Positions 1-13,120 of a stretch of DNA of 64,000 nt are shown in pieces (the first letter of the stretch is position 1; every line of letters starts with the position of its first letter). The notes beneath the pieces are model-generated. The model searched no databases and was not told where the DNA came from. It was given only the letters and a program-made list of their open reading frames with translations. This DNA comes from the human T2T-CHM13v2.0 reference genome, Homo sapiens: NCBI RefSeq assembly GCF_009914755.1, contig NC_060931.1; one strand, 5' to 3'. A program made the position numbers and the translations under genes.

Positions 1-1582
1 CTGTTTGTATGGCATTTCCCTCCAAGAGCTGCCACCCTGGTCCCCACCTGAGGCCCTGGAGGAGAGAGGATCACTTGACTGTGGGCCGCTCAGCCCCGAC
101 TGTCTGGGATTCGCCAGCACAAAGTGCCCATGACCTGGCCTGGTCCTGCCTTGCCTCTGCTTGCTCTTGAAGTTTAGCACCCACCCGGAGCCCAGCTCTC
201 AGATGGGGCTCTCGCCTTGTTCTCTGTCCTGTGACCCACCTGCTGCTCTGCTCTTTGATGCCCGGAATCTGATTGTATGCTTGCAAGTTTTCCTCTCTGG
301 CACTAACCCAGGGACTGCCCCTTCTGCCTGGGACTGGCCTCTCCAAAGCTGGCTGTCAACAAGCTCCTCCAATTTTGGCTTTTCCAGATTTCACTTGCCC
401 CCAGCCTCTCTGTCCAGCTGTAGCTAATCAGACGATGCAGCCACGGCAAGAAAATACGGCATAAATATTTCAATCAAAGCAAAGATCCTGATAGAGACAG
501 AGTTTCAGGACTTTGCGTAGGTGGGTGCGTGCACACACGTGTGCATGTTCTGTACAAAACCCCGTGTGAATCAGTACCCTGTACAGAGGAAGGAAAAGGT
601 GGAAGCTGGAGACCAAAAGCCAACTTCACCAACCCCACAGTTTTGCTGCAGCCACAGGTGACGGGTATCAGAGCCGCTGATTTCCAATCGCTGTGCTCAC
701 ATGTGACGGGCCAGGGATGCCACCCTGAGATGCAGCGTCTGCAGGCATCATGCTCTGTGCAGGCAGAAGACCATCGCTAATAGGCCCAGGATGAGCATGC
801 CAGCCGGGCCCCCCCAGGGCTCTCGATCATGAGCCATCACAGCTCCAGGCTGATGCACATACAACAGCTCCAAGTACTCTTACTCCCAGCTCAGCCAGGA
901 GCTCCCCCAAAAGTCATAACGGTCCTCATCTTTCAGGGGAAGAGCCAAACGTGGAGGTAATGGTCAAGAGCTTGGCCACTTCTGAGATTTTTTATTATTG
1001 TCCTTTGAAAGCAGAGAACAGGAGAGATGCACTGGTGCATGTACAGCAAGCAGGTGCAGCATCAGTGCAAACACACACCCAGGCGGGGGTCTGATCCACA
1101 CTAGGCAAGGTTCTGCAGGCCATCACCTTCTCCATGGCAAGCTCATCTGAAGCCCAATCCACCTGCTCTTCACTGTGTCCCTTTGACACAAACCACTCAA
1201 CTCAGAACTGACAAGAGAGTTGGTTTGGGGCGCACACAATCAAGCTTGTTTGAGACCAGTTCATGACCAACCATTCTCCAAAGCCTGCAGCTGAGACTCC
1301 AGGCCTCAGTGGTCTCCTTTCTCCTAAAATCCGATTGTCCCTGCTGTTTGAAATAACCCATGGTTCTATATGGTCCCATCATGGTCACTAATTGTCTGCT
1401 GTGAGTCCATCTAGACCTCTTAGCTGGATTAGCTGGATCATGGACTTCTGATTGGCCACCCTCTTGCCTCTTTTGTAGCCTCCACAACACCAAGGAATGG
1501 GGTCAGCCACATGAGGCCATGCTTACTCAGCCATGTTGGTTCTAAAATCTCCCATGGAGGGACCCTAAAGATTCCCCAATCC

Positions 1583-1878
<296 letters not shown>

Positions 1879-1999
1879 GATTCCCCAATCCAGCCACCCA
1901 CATGATGTTTGAAGATGATATAGTAACATAATTTTGGAGGCCATACAAGAAGTTTAGATTTTAGATCTTCACAACAAACTTTAATTCCAATTTTGGTTT

Positions 2000-2290
2000 T
2001 AAGTTAAGTGCCTACCCTGGGTCAGGCACCTACAGGGGCCCAAGTACACACTGACATCTAAAACAAGACACAATCCCTGACCTCAAAAGATTCAGAGTCG
2101 ATGAGGAAGAGAGACGATCCCATGTAAACAAATAAGTAAATATGTGATTGTAAATATTGTAAATGTCAGCAAAGGAAATGAACAGTGGAAAAGCATAGTC
2201 AGTCTGGAGGAAGGAACTTTCCAACAGAAATATTTATTACAAAGCCCAAAGGTCATCTCTGAGAGCTATAGTTTAATCTTAATGGAGGGT
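2000..2290 (-). mobile_element. L2 LINE 3' fragment
   Basis: Resembles antisense L2 3' end (TAAGTGCCTACCCTGGGTCAGGCAC...AAGACACAATCCCTGACCTCAA). Confidence 0.6.
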
Positions 2291-3289
2291 AATACTACTT
2301 TTGACAAACTGCACAGCCATAATTCTCCATTTAAGCCAGGAAAAAAGCATAAGAATCTCTTTACCTTGGTAAAATGTAAGAAAATGTGAGACTTATTCTA
2401 CTAAGGGCCTCTCCAGGCTTGTGAATGTTTTTTCGCCCCCTGCACTCCCTGTTCCTTACAGGCAGACAATCTCGAAGATCAGCAGAGAAAATGAGGCCAT
2501 GCAATTTAAGATTACATAAACACAGAAGTCAGGCGAGGTGAGAACATTTTGAATCTGCACTTCTGTTTAGCTGAACACTCTTCATTAAGAAATCCATGAG
2601 CCTCCAAATGCCTCTCCTCATTGTCTGAGATGTTCATCGTCTGATGCTAGGAACAGGGTCTGATGAAAGTGATGACACCACAAGTTCTCACTGGGCCCAG
2701 TCAGGCCGCTGAAATTACCTGGGGTGGATTTTGAATTCCTTACTAATTTGACTGAGTGTATTCCCAAATCCAGCTCTTAGGCTGGAAAATGCATACATTA
2801 TGTTTCTTCATGATCACAAAGCTTTTCATTTCTCCAGCTCGATTATAATTTGAAAGTATCTAAACTTCACCTTGGTGGTTTGGTTTATCTATTAATAACT
2901 GGATCTTCAGAATTAATCTCTTGTAAAAAAGCTCTTCTTCAGACACCTAATTCTAGTTTCTCAACATGCCATGGAAAAATTTCTGGTTTTCTACAAATTT
3001 TGGAGTCTCTGAAAGCTTCTGGGGTTGGATGGAGAGTGCTGAAGGCTTCCTCTTTTTAACCAGAGTAATTGTCATGCTTCTACTTCTATTTGAGCAAAGA
3101 TACAAGGTACTTATTAGAAGATGCAAAAGTATATCATTGATTGATCCAACATCTTGTCACAGTGTACTAACCAAAAAAGCAATCTGCACAAACAACTGGG
3201 TTTCTAATTAGAGTAAACCACCAATCAAATTCTTAATTTCAACCAAGCTCCTGGGAAACATAAATCATGGACTGAATGGTGTGGAAGGT

Positions 3290-4290
3290 CCATGTATTGA
3301 TGAAGGCCCTCCCGGAGGGAAGCCTCCAGGGCTCTGCCAGAAGGCTCCATGTGTGACCCTGTTCTGACGGATATTCTTATCAACAATTTGGGTAAACTAC
3401 TGCAAAGTACATTCATCAAGTGCATCTGTGACAAGGCTGAGGAGAAATAATATGTGGCATTACAAATAATTGACAGGCTAAAAAAAAAATCTCTAAACAG
3501 CTGAAACTAACTGTCTATAAAAAGTCCTGCGATTCAAAATTTCAGTGGCATTGTTCAGAATCTAGGGGAAACTGATGATAGCCATTTATGTTCAGAAAAA
3601 AAAAATTCAGAGTTTTTTTTAATGACAGCATTTAAATCCAGTCCATCAGAGGACAGGTGATTAAATTCCCCCATCCGGGGCTGTGCCTTGTTTGCTCGGC
3701 ATCACACCCAGTAACAAGCACATATTAAGCACTTAGTAAACATATGCTGGGTGAGTTAATTGTGAAACCATGTAAAGTGGGCATGAAAGAAGCCCCGGTA
3801 TGGCCTGTTCCCATGACACTTCTCTGTCCAGGCAAGAACAGAATGGCCCCATGGGGCTAACACTGGCCAGCATCCATTGGTAATTCCAGTTTGGTACAGA
3901 CACTGTGTTGCAAGCCCAAAAGTAGAAAAATGAGATATTGAGGCAATGTTGAAACTGTGTTGTAAGATGAACCTGGTGAAGACACTGTAAGTATTCATAT
4001 TGCGGAAAAAAAAAAAAACAAGCAAAAACCAAGGTAAGCATGATGACCGCTTTCACTGACTGAAGGACTGTCATATGGAAGTGGGTTTACTTTTTGTAGA
4101 ACCTGAGTTCAGAACAAGGACCAAGGGATTGACCTCCAGGGAGACATATTTTTGTTAGAGCAAGAAAGAATTTTATCCAGACACAGAATTGCCAGGCCAT
4201 AAAACAACCAGCCTTGGACAGCGATGATTCCTCTGGACAGCGATCATCTCTCCATCATGGACCTATCAAAGAATGATCCAATGACCTCCT
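3290..4290 (+). mobile_element. CR1/L3 LINE ORF2 remnant (RT region and downstream), interrupted around 3660-3750
   Basis: ~3330-3445 translates LPEGSMCDPVLTDILINNLGKLLQSTFIKCICDKAE, like CR1 VPQGSVLGPVLFNIFINDL...IKFADDTKL; ~4035-4085 resembles CR1 GDMIAVFKYLKGCHVEEG. Confidence 0.7.
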
Positions 4291-5064
4291 ACAAGAACTG
4301 CTAAAAGAGGAATCTATCTGCTCTTACAACAAAGCCTACAATGAGCACCTACTGTGTGTCTGGTGTACCATGAGGATGAGGCAGAGAAAGACTTTGCCAG
4401 GAAATGTTGCCACATGTGGATGTCCTCAGTGTTGGGAGAGACGTACCTCATGCAGAGAACTCACCTGTGTTGAGGTTTGAAGGGGGAGGTGGGGCAGGAG
4501 GTGGTATGGAAGGTGACAGGAGCCAGATGTGTGGAGAATGTCATGCCAGACACCTCTTCCCTGGGGTCTTTCATAAGTCTGATGTTTCAAATACCCTGGT
4601 ATCAAGTGAACATCATTGAGTATTTCAGAATCTCCAAAGAAAACAGATTTAAGATACAACTCCAGGCCCTGACTGGATCTTCCAGGCAGATCCCCTGACC
4701 ATAACCTCAACTCTAAATAGAAGAGCTTCCAGATTCACCCAGCAATAGATCTATTAAGGAGTTTCTGCTAATAAGCCATCTGTAGTCACACCACCACAGC
4801 ATGGAACACACTTATCCATGGAAGAGGGTCATTAATCCTTACAAGGGGCATGACTAATGGAGTCCATCATTTCCACTAATTTAAAATCATCCAGTAAAGC
4901 TTCCAAGAGCCTCCAGAGGTTAGAACTCCCAGGATTGCCTGGGACAAGCCAATGCTGCAAGCATTGGTAAACATGTGAATCTAAACGTTTTTCTGTTTGT
5001 TATGTAGAGTTACTCCTGAATATATACCACATTGTTTTAAAAAGTTTAAAAAGCAATCCCACCT

Positions 5065-5509
5065 TGCTATAGTTTGGATGTGGTTTGTCCCTGCCAGAAC
5101 GCATGTTGAAATTTGATCCCCAGTGTGGCATTGTTGGAGGTGGGGCCGAGTGGGCAGTGTTTTGGTCATGGGGGTGGATCCCTCATGAACAGATTAATGT
5201 CTTCCCTCAGGAGTAAGTTCTGGCTTTCACAGGAATTGATTAATTTCCATAAAAGCTGGTTGTTAAAGAGTTTCACTTCCTCCGTTTCTCTCTCTTGCTT
5301 CCTCTCTGGCCATGAGATTCCTCTGCACACGCCTACTCCCCCTCCTCTTTTCACTATGAGTGGAAGCAACATGAGACCCTCACCAGACACAGCTGCCCAA
5401 TCTTGGACTTTCCAATCACCAGAATCATGAGCCAAATACGCCTCTTTTCTTTATACAGAATACCCAGGCTCAGGTATTCTGTTATAGCAACACAAAATGG
5501 ACTAACATA
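5065..5509 (+). mobile_element. MaLR solo LTR (MSTB-like)
   Basis: TGCTATAGTTTGGATG start, GGTATTCTGTTATAGCAACACAAAATGGACTAA end; 5-bp TSD cacct/gacct. Confidence 0.9.
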
Positions 5510-5829
5510 GACCTCCAGAAAACAATAGTCAAGATCTTTGGACCAAGTGACTTCCAACAGGAAAATCCTGAAGGGAGAAAATTGGGCAAAATGAACCTTT
5601 CTTAATATTACAAAAGCCTAATGCCAACAATGCATCTACTCAAAAGGAAGCTGCCCAGCAGTTATTTCACAAACACATTGTGCTGTGCAGACAATTCTTT
5701 CCAAATATATTGTTCAAAGTGTGTGGAAAATCATAAAATATGGTTTGGTCGTGAAAAACTTGTTCATCATTGAGCTAGTACACAGCTTCATTTCATATGT
5801 GAGAACAGCAAAAGAAAAGAATTGACTTA

Positions 5830-6095
5830 GATTAGCATTTTCCAAAGTGATTCTGCAGAATGTTGCTGTCTAGTGAGCTGTTAACAGGTATTAGGGGAAA
5901 TAAGAGCTCCCATGGACAAACAAGTTGAGAAAAAACAACAAACCTTCCTTTTGGAGTCAAAATATGTATTAATTTATTAAAATGTCTGAGAGGTTCTGCA
6001 ATTTATCTGTTTAACCAAACATTTTCCAAACATGTGTGATCTCAAGACTATTTTCCCACCACATAGCAATTAATACCTTGGAAAGACTCTGAGAT
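5830..6095. mobile_element. Possible hAT-Charlie-type DNA transposon (MER) remnant
   Basis: Degenerate terminal inverted repeats TAGCATTTTCCAAAG ... CTTGGAAAGACTCT. Confidence 0.4.
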
Positions 6096-6139
6096 TTTGA
6101 CTCAGACACATAGAATGTTGGGGTGACTGTCCCTTTTAG

Positions 6140-6270
6140 TATCTTCAGTCTACAGTCGAGGAAACTGAGGACCAGAGATAAGAACACACAGGCCAAGACC
6201 ACACAATGTGATGGGTAGAATGGAAACACAGCTGTTGATCTCTAGGCCAACTCTGAATCTTCCATACCAA
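6140..6270 (-). mobile_element. MIR SINE
   Basis: Antisense MIR core GAGGAAACTGAGG...CAAGACCACACA. Confidence 0.65.
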
Positions 6271-6389
6271 CCCAATATGCTCGTCAGTTCTGTGAACTAA
6301 AGTTGCCTCAACATATAGCTAAAACGTTTTGTAAACTTTTGAAGGGTACAGAAAAACAATATGAGAGATAACTACATTTATTAAAGATG

Positions 6390-8745
6390 TTTTGTTGTTT
6401 ATTTGTTTTTATATTTTTTTACTTTTTTTTCAACTTTTATTTTAGATTCAGGGGGTACATGTGGCAGGTTTGCAACCAGGATACATTGCAGGATGCTGAA
6501 GTTTGGGGTATGAATGATCCTGCCGCCCAGGGACTGAGCATAGGACCCAATAATTCGTTTTTCAACCCTTTCTTCCTTCCTTCCCTCCTCCATCTAGTAG
6601 TGCCCAGCTTCTATTGTTGCTGTCTTTATGTCTATAAGTACCTGATGTTTAGCTCCCACTTACATGAGAACATGCAGTATTTAGTTTTCTGTTTCTGTGT
6701 TAATTCACTTAGGATAATGCCACGTTGCTGCAAAGGACATGATATTTTTTATGGCTGCATAATATTCTGTGCTGTGTATGGACCACATATCTTTATCCAA
6801 TCCACCATTTAGGTTGATTCCATGTCTTTGCTATTATGAAAAGTGCTGTGATGAACAGGCAGGTACATGTGTCTTTTTGGTAGAAAGATTTGTGTTCTTT
6901 TGGATATATACCCAGTAATGGGATTGCTGGGTCACATGCTAGTTCTAAGTTCTTTGAGAAATCTCCAGACTGCTTTCCACAGTGGCTGAACTAATTTACA
7001 TTCCCACCAAGAGTGTGTAAGCATTCCCTGTTCTCCACAGCCTCACCAGCATTTGTTGTTTTTTGACTTTTTAATAATAGTCGTTCTGACTGGTGTGAGA
7101 TGGTATCTCATTGTGGTTTTGATTTGCATTTCTCTGATGACTAGTGATTTGGAGGCTTTTCTCATATGTTCATTGGCTGCTTGTATGTCTTCTTTTGATA
7201 AGTGTCTGTTACTGTCTTCTGCTCATTTTTTAATAGGGGTATTTGTTTTTTGCTTGTTGAATTAAGTTCCTTATAGATTCTGAATATTATTGTTAGATGC
7301 ATAGTTTGTTAATATTTTCCCCATTCTGTAGGTTATCTGTTTACTTAATTGGTAGTCTCTTTTGTTGGACAGAAGCTCTTTAATTAGGTCCCACTTGTCA
7401 ATTTTTGTTTTCATTGTAATTGCTTTTGAGGACATAGTCACAAATTATTTTCCAAGGCCAATGTCCAGATGATGTTTCCTAGGTTTTCCTCAAGGATTCT
7501 TATAGTTTGAGATCTTACATTGAAATCATTAGCCCATCTTGAGTTAAATTTTGTATATGGTGAAAGGTAGGGGTCCAGTTTAATTCTTTGGCATATGGCT
7601 TGCCAGCTATCCCAGCACCATTTATTGAATAGGGAGTCCTTTCCCCACTGTCTATTTTTGTTGACTTTGTCAAAGATCAGATGGCTGTAGGTGTACAGCT
7701 TTATTTCTGGGTTCTTTGTTCTGTTCTATTGTTCTATGTGTCTGTTTTTGTACCAGTACCATGCCTATTCTCACCACTTCTTGTCTTTTTCCACTTCTCA
7801 AGGGGAATGTTTCCAGTTGTTGCCCATTCAGTATAATGTTGGCTGTAGGTTTGTCATAGATGACTCATTATTTTGAGGTCAGTTCCTTTGATGCCAAGTT
7901 TCTTGAAGGTTTTTATCATGAAGAGATGTTGAATTTTATCCAAAGTTTTTTCCCTGTCTATTGAGATGATTGTATGGTTTTTGTTTTTAATTCTGCTTAT
8001 GTGGTGAACCACACATTTATTGATTTATGTATTTGAACCAACCTTGCATCCCAGGAATGAAGCCTACTTGATCGTGGTGAATTAACTTTTTGATGTGTTG
8101 TTGGATTTGATTTGCTAGTATTTTGTGAAGAATTTTTGAACCTATGTTCATCAGGGATATTGACCTGTACTTTTCTTTTCTCATTGTGTCTTTTCCAGGT
8201 ATTGGCATCAAGGTGATGCTAGCTGTGTAGCAATGTTAGAGAGGAGTCCTTCCTCTTCAATTCTTTGGAATAATTTCAGTAGAATTGCTAACCACTCATA
8301 AAATTGGTAATAGCTCTCTTTTTATGTCTGGTAGAATTCAGCCATGGATCCATTTGGTCTGGAGCGTTTTTTGATTGGTAGGTTTTTTATTATTGGTTCA
8401 ATATTGGAACTTGATATTGTTCTGTTCAGGGTTTCAATTTCTTCCTGATTCAATCTTGGGAAATTGTGTGTTGCCAGGAATTTATCCATTTCCTCTAGAT
8501 TTTTAAATTTGTGTGCATAGAAGATGTTTATAATGGTCTCTGAGGATTTTTTGTATTTCTGTGGGATTGCTTTTAATGTCACTTTTGTCATTTATGGTTT
8601 GGATTTTCTCTCTTTCTTGTCAATCTAGCTAGCAGTGTATCAATCTTGTTTATCCTTTCAAAGAACAAATTTTTGGTTTCTTTGATTTTTTTTATGGACT
8701 TTGGGTCTCAAGTTTGTCCAGTTCTGCTCTAAATTCAGTTATTCT
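6390..8745 (-). mobile_element. 5'-truncated L1 (L1PA15/16-L1PB-like), 3' UTR plus ORF2, with internal deletion at ~7760-7780
   Basis: Poly(T) and antisense L1 3' UTR at ~6390-6900; ORF 8017..8211 gives [45 protein letters not shown]; ORF 8322..8591 gives NLEEMDKFL...[13 protein letters not shown] (L1 ORF2p). Confidence 0.95.
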
Positions 8746-9479
8746 TAAAACGAGCAAGTTTTGTTCATTTCTTTTAAGCCCATTCTTGTTGTTTGTGTTG
8801 TGTGTTGTGTGTTTGTGTATGCGTCTGTGTGCATATATACATATGCACACACACACTTGCAGACAAGTTCCCGATTCACTGGTGTTTCTGTAAGCACAGT
8901 CTGATTAAAATGTAAAAAAAAAAAGCATTCTGGCTCCCTACAAAGGTTTCAAATGCAACCACTGAAAACACTTTAGGCTAAACCTGAAAAGGGCAGGGGA
9001 GGGGAAATCTTATGCAACAATTTCTTGTCTTTGCCAAACACTAGTGCTTCGAAGTGAAGAAGAGAGCTGCACACCTGTGTCCATTGGCATCAAGTTAAAT
9101 AGATACAAAAAATTAGGCAAACAGCCAATCATCTGTCATCTAAAGATTCACTTGAAGGATTTTAATAGAATTTTTACAAGTAGGGATTTAAAATTTCCAT
9201 ACTTGGAGAGTCTTCCTCAGATATTTACAGAGACATTACAATTTTTTGTGACATTCATGCAAAATTAGGAAGTCATATTAATTATAGATATTTAGAAGCA
9301 ATCATGTTAATAACTTTGGGGAAACCCAGGTAGGTTTGAGTAAGTGATTGTTTATCACACTTCACCATTTACTTTTGTTTTTACCCTTGATAATTCTGTC
9401 TTCATATAATGATAATCATATATCGTTGACAACTTTTATCTCAAATACTCACTGGTATTAACTCTCTGTTACAGATTTC

Positions 9480-9600
9480 ATCACTCATTTGTTCAAGCTT
9501 TATGGAATTCCATTCTTTGCCAGGCACTGTTCTCTGCACCAGGGATAGAACTGAACAAACACATAACTCTGTCCTCAAGAAGTTTATGTTCTAGAGAGAA
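9480..9600 (-). mobile_element. L2 3' fragment
   Basis: TCACTCATTTGTTCAA...TGCCAGGCACTGTTCT...CTGTCCTCAAGAAGTTTATGTTCTAG. Confidence 0.6.
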
Positions 9601-11999
9601 TTTTTAACATTTTCCTAAATTTTGTTTTGTAAACCAAACTTCCTCTGTTCCAACAGCAGAAAATAAAAATAAATGGACTATCTGTGAAATCTATTATGAA
9701 TCTCATTTTGGAAAAGCCATTACCTGGAATTCTGAACTCTGAAATATGTACTTGCTAGGGATTTCCATGACCAACAGGCAATGGTAAGAAATAAATGTCC
9801 CTGTATGGATTGTCTCAGGGGCTTCAGGTGCTGTGGCGAGAGTATGCCATTTTAGTTATTTATTTTCATAAGACTCAGGAAGTAGGTATTTTTAAGAACA
9901 GTTCTAATAAGACAGGTTTCATAATATAGTGGATAAATAACCACTGGCAGCTTTTAGCACTTTAAAATTTCTAAATTGCTCTCTAGAACCACTTTGTCAT
10001 TAGCCACATATAGTCCTATGGGGTCAGGTGGGGTGGGAGATAACCCCACTGTAAGCACACTAACTTCTAGCCTCAGAACAAGGCAGCCCACCAGGAGATG
10101 GGGCACCTACCCTTGTCACTTGGTCTCTTGCAGAGTTGGCTTCCTGGAGCAATGTGTCTTACTGAGGGTCACTGCAAGAAATCTCTTTATGAAAACGGTC
10201 ACTCCAAATCTTTCATGGAAAAAATGAGAATATAAATAAGTAATTTCTTGTTGCACTTGTTACTGTTGTGACACTGCACACTAACCCTCAAACCTGATAG
10301 AAAAATCCAAGGTAATGCCTTTCGCATTTGGTTTTCAGAAAAGATTTCCTTCTTCCAAAGAACTAAAATGTTTTATTCATGTCTAATGAAAATGTTGCTT
10401 CTCACCATGTCTCTACTTTTTTATGCATTCCAAGAAACTCTGAGTCAAATTTGAAGGTGACATATTATGTTTTTGTAGGGCTTTTGGTCCACAAAAGATG
10501 GGCCTTTTCTACTAAGTAGGACCACTTTCCTACTTCCATTTTCACACTACTAATTCTTAGTAATGGTGTTTTTTCTGCCTGTTTCAGGCTGTTACGTTTT
10601 AATAGTATGATATTTTTCTGCTTGTCTTAACCTGCCTCAAATCCTTTTTGGAGTGAGTAGAATGAGATGGAGTATACTTACATTTATATGCATCCTAAGT
10701 TTATAAGTAGAGAAATTAATCATAGACATTATAAGTGCTGGGTCCAAGGTAACAAAGCTTGGATAGACCTAGACTTGGAACCCAGATTTCTGAGCAATTA
10801 GTCTGTGTTCATTTTATTATGCCACCTCCGTTCCCCTTATTTTTTTTTTTGGATTGGCAAATTCTTTATTTTTTTATTCCCCTTATTAACTATAAGGTAA
10901 ATACCAAAGACATCTTGATTGGAAAAGTGTCTGAACTTTACAGAACCATAACACATTTGCTGCCCCCATGAATCTTCTCCGCAAATTGACCCTGTCTAGC
11001 TCTACTGTTCAGATTCTCTTCATCAGTCCAGGTCACTAGCACCAGCACAATAAAAATTCACTTCAATTTATCCAAAACCTAAGCTGGTTTGGCCAAACAT
11101 TGATGATTTAACTATGTGGTTTCAGTCAGTCAGGACTTAAACATTAAGAAAGAAACACAGACCCTAAGGGAAAAAATTGGTTGGCTATGAATGCCGCTGA
11201 AGCTAAGATAGATGTCTATGATGTACTCGTAGCTAAAGATAATCTTTTCTTAAAGTTCTTCTTCTGCCTAACAGAATCCCCTTGGACTTACTTAAGTCGA
11301 AGTCCAGACATTTGGATTTCATCCAAAATGCTCAGTTCCCAGTTTCAGAAGGAGAACTCAGGCAGTCCCGTCAGTTAAAGAGCGATAGCAGCACAAGAAA
11401 TGCTGCCATGTCTTTATCAATATTCAAGCCCTGGCTAAGCGATCCAAATCCGGTGTAGGAGTTTGTATTTCTGTCTCTCCATTGATCTAGGAGCCCCAGT
11501 GGTGTCATCCCGGGGAGCTGAATGCCAGTTTATTTAATATACTGATCTCTGAATTCCATTAATATAAATGGCCGCCTACAGTGTTAAGCCTGTCCATCGC
11601 AAAGACAGATTTCTGCTAAAGCGATGACTACTTAAGGTGCCACCTCTTCGTGATGGTTATTCCCCTGCCTACAATCTCTGGAAATAAAGATTTAATAATA
11701 ACAATGGGTTTCCAGTGAAGAATTGTAAAGGTCATCAGATGGCCCCGGGGTAGCTGGCCAGTCCAGGCTCTCAGCACCTGACAACAGGCCCACAGCATAA
11801 CCTAGGTCAACTGAGAGAGGTAACCTATCCCGTTGACTATTTCAACCAACAGATACCCGTGGAGCCCCTTCTAAGATTCAGGCTAGAAATGCTTGCTGTG
11901 GATACTGTCATAAATATAAAAGACACTGATGGTTTTCAAGTAAGCAGACTTTCCCAGCTCTGACAAAGGAAGTGGAAGGAACATAGATGGCTGGAAGCC

Positions 12000-12342
12000 A
12001 CTATAGATGGACTTCAGAGAAGCTCAGCCTGAGAAAGGGTCTCAGGGAGGGAAGGGAGGGAGCTGCACACAGACAGGGAAGACACAGCCCAGGGAACCAC
12101 AAGTGCCAGGGCAGAGCCAGGAGCATGTGAGCCCTAAAGTGGCTCCAGAAGCCCACAGATGAGGGGACACACCACTGAGTTTGCAGAAGTGGGAGAAGGG
12201 AGCTCAGAGCCACACAGAAAATGGCTGGGAGCTCAGATTGGAAATGCCATAGAAAGCAACTAAAGTCTTTTAAGCAAAAGAATGACAAGATCTGAGTCAC
12301 ATTTTAAAGTCACCAATATGACTTCTGTGTAGACTATAGACA
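12000..12342 (-). mobile_element. L2 fragment running into the 56-bp minisatellite
   Basis: Antisense L2 motif TTTTAAGCAAAAGAATGACAAGATCTGA...TTTTAAAG. Confidence 0.6.
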
Positions 12343-13120
12343 TGCAGAGCAAAGGCGGGAACACCAGGAAGGGGCTCCCAGAATCCAGCGCTCATTCTGC
12401 AGAGCAAAGGTAGGAACACTAGGAAGGGGCTCCTAGAACCCAGCAGCTCATTATGCAGAGCAAAGGCAGGAGCACCAGGAAGGGGCCCCTAGAACCCAGC
12501 CGTTCATTATGCAGAGCAAAGACAGGAACACCAGGAAGGGGCCCCTAGAACCCAGCTGTTCATTATGCAGAGCAAAGGCAGGAACACCAGGAAGGGGCTC
12601 CTAGAACCCAGCTGTTCATTATGCAGAGCAAAAGCAGGAACACCAGGAAGGGGCTCCTAGAACCCAGCTGTTCATTGTGCAGAGCAAAGGTAGGAGCACC
12701 AGGAAGGGGCTTCTAGAACCCAGCTGTTCATTATGCAGAGCAAAGGCAGGAACACCAGGAAGGGGCTCCTAGAACCCAGCTGTTCATTATGCAGAGCAAA
12801 GGTAGGAGCACCAGGAAGGGGCTTCTAGAACCCAGCAGCTCATTATGCAGAGCAAAGGCAGGAGCACCAGGAAGGGGCTCCTAGAACCCAGCTGTTCATT
12901 GTGCAGAGCAAAGGCAGGAACACCAGGAAGGGGCCCCTAGAACCCAGCTGTTCATTATGCAGAGCAAAGGCAGGAACACCAGGAAGGGGCTCCTAGAACC
13001 CAGCTGTTCATTATGCAGAGCAAAAGCAGGAACACCAGGAAGGGGCCCCTAGAACCCAGCTGTTCATTGTGCAGAGCAAAGGCAGGAGCACCAGGAAGGG
13101 GGTCCTAGAACCCAGCAGCT
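12343..13120. repeat. Minisatellite, 56-bp unit, 14 copies
   Basis: Unit TGCAGAGCAAAGGCAGGAACACCAGGAAGGGGCTCCTAGAACCCAGCTGTTCATTA; GCAGAGCAAA recurs about every 56 bp from 12344 to 13071. Confidence 0.98.

Noticed and set aside
12343-13120. CRISPR-like array
   Set aside because: Units are head-to-tail with no unique spacers, and the DNA is eukaryotic; this is a minisatellite.
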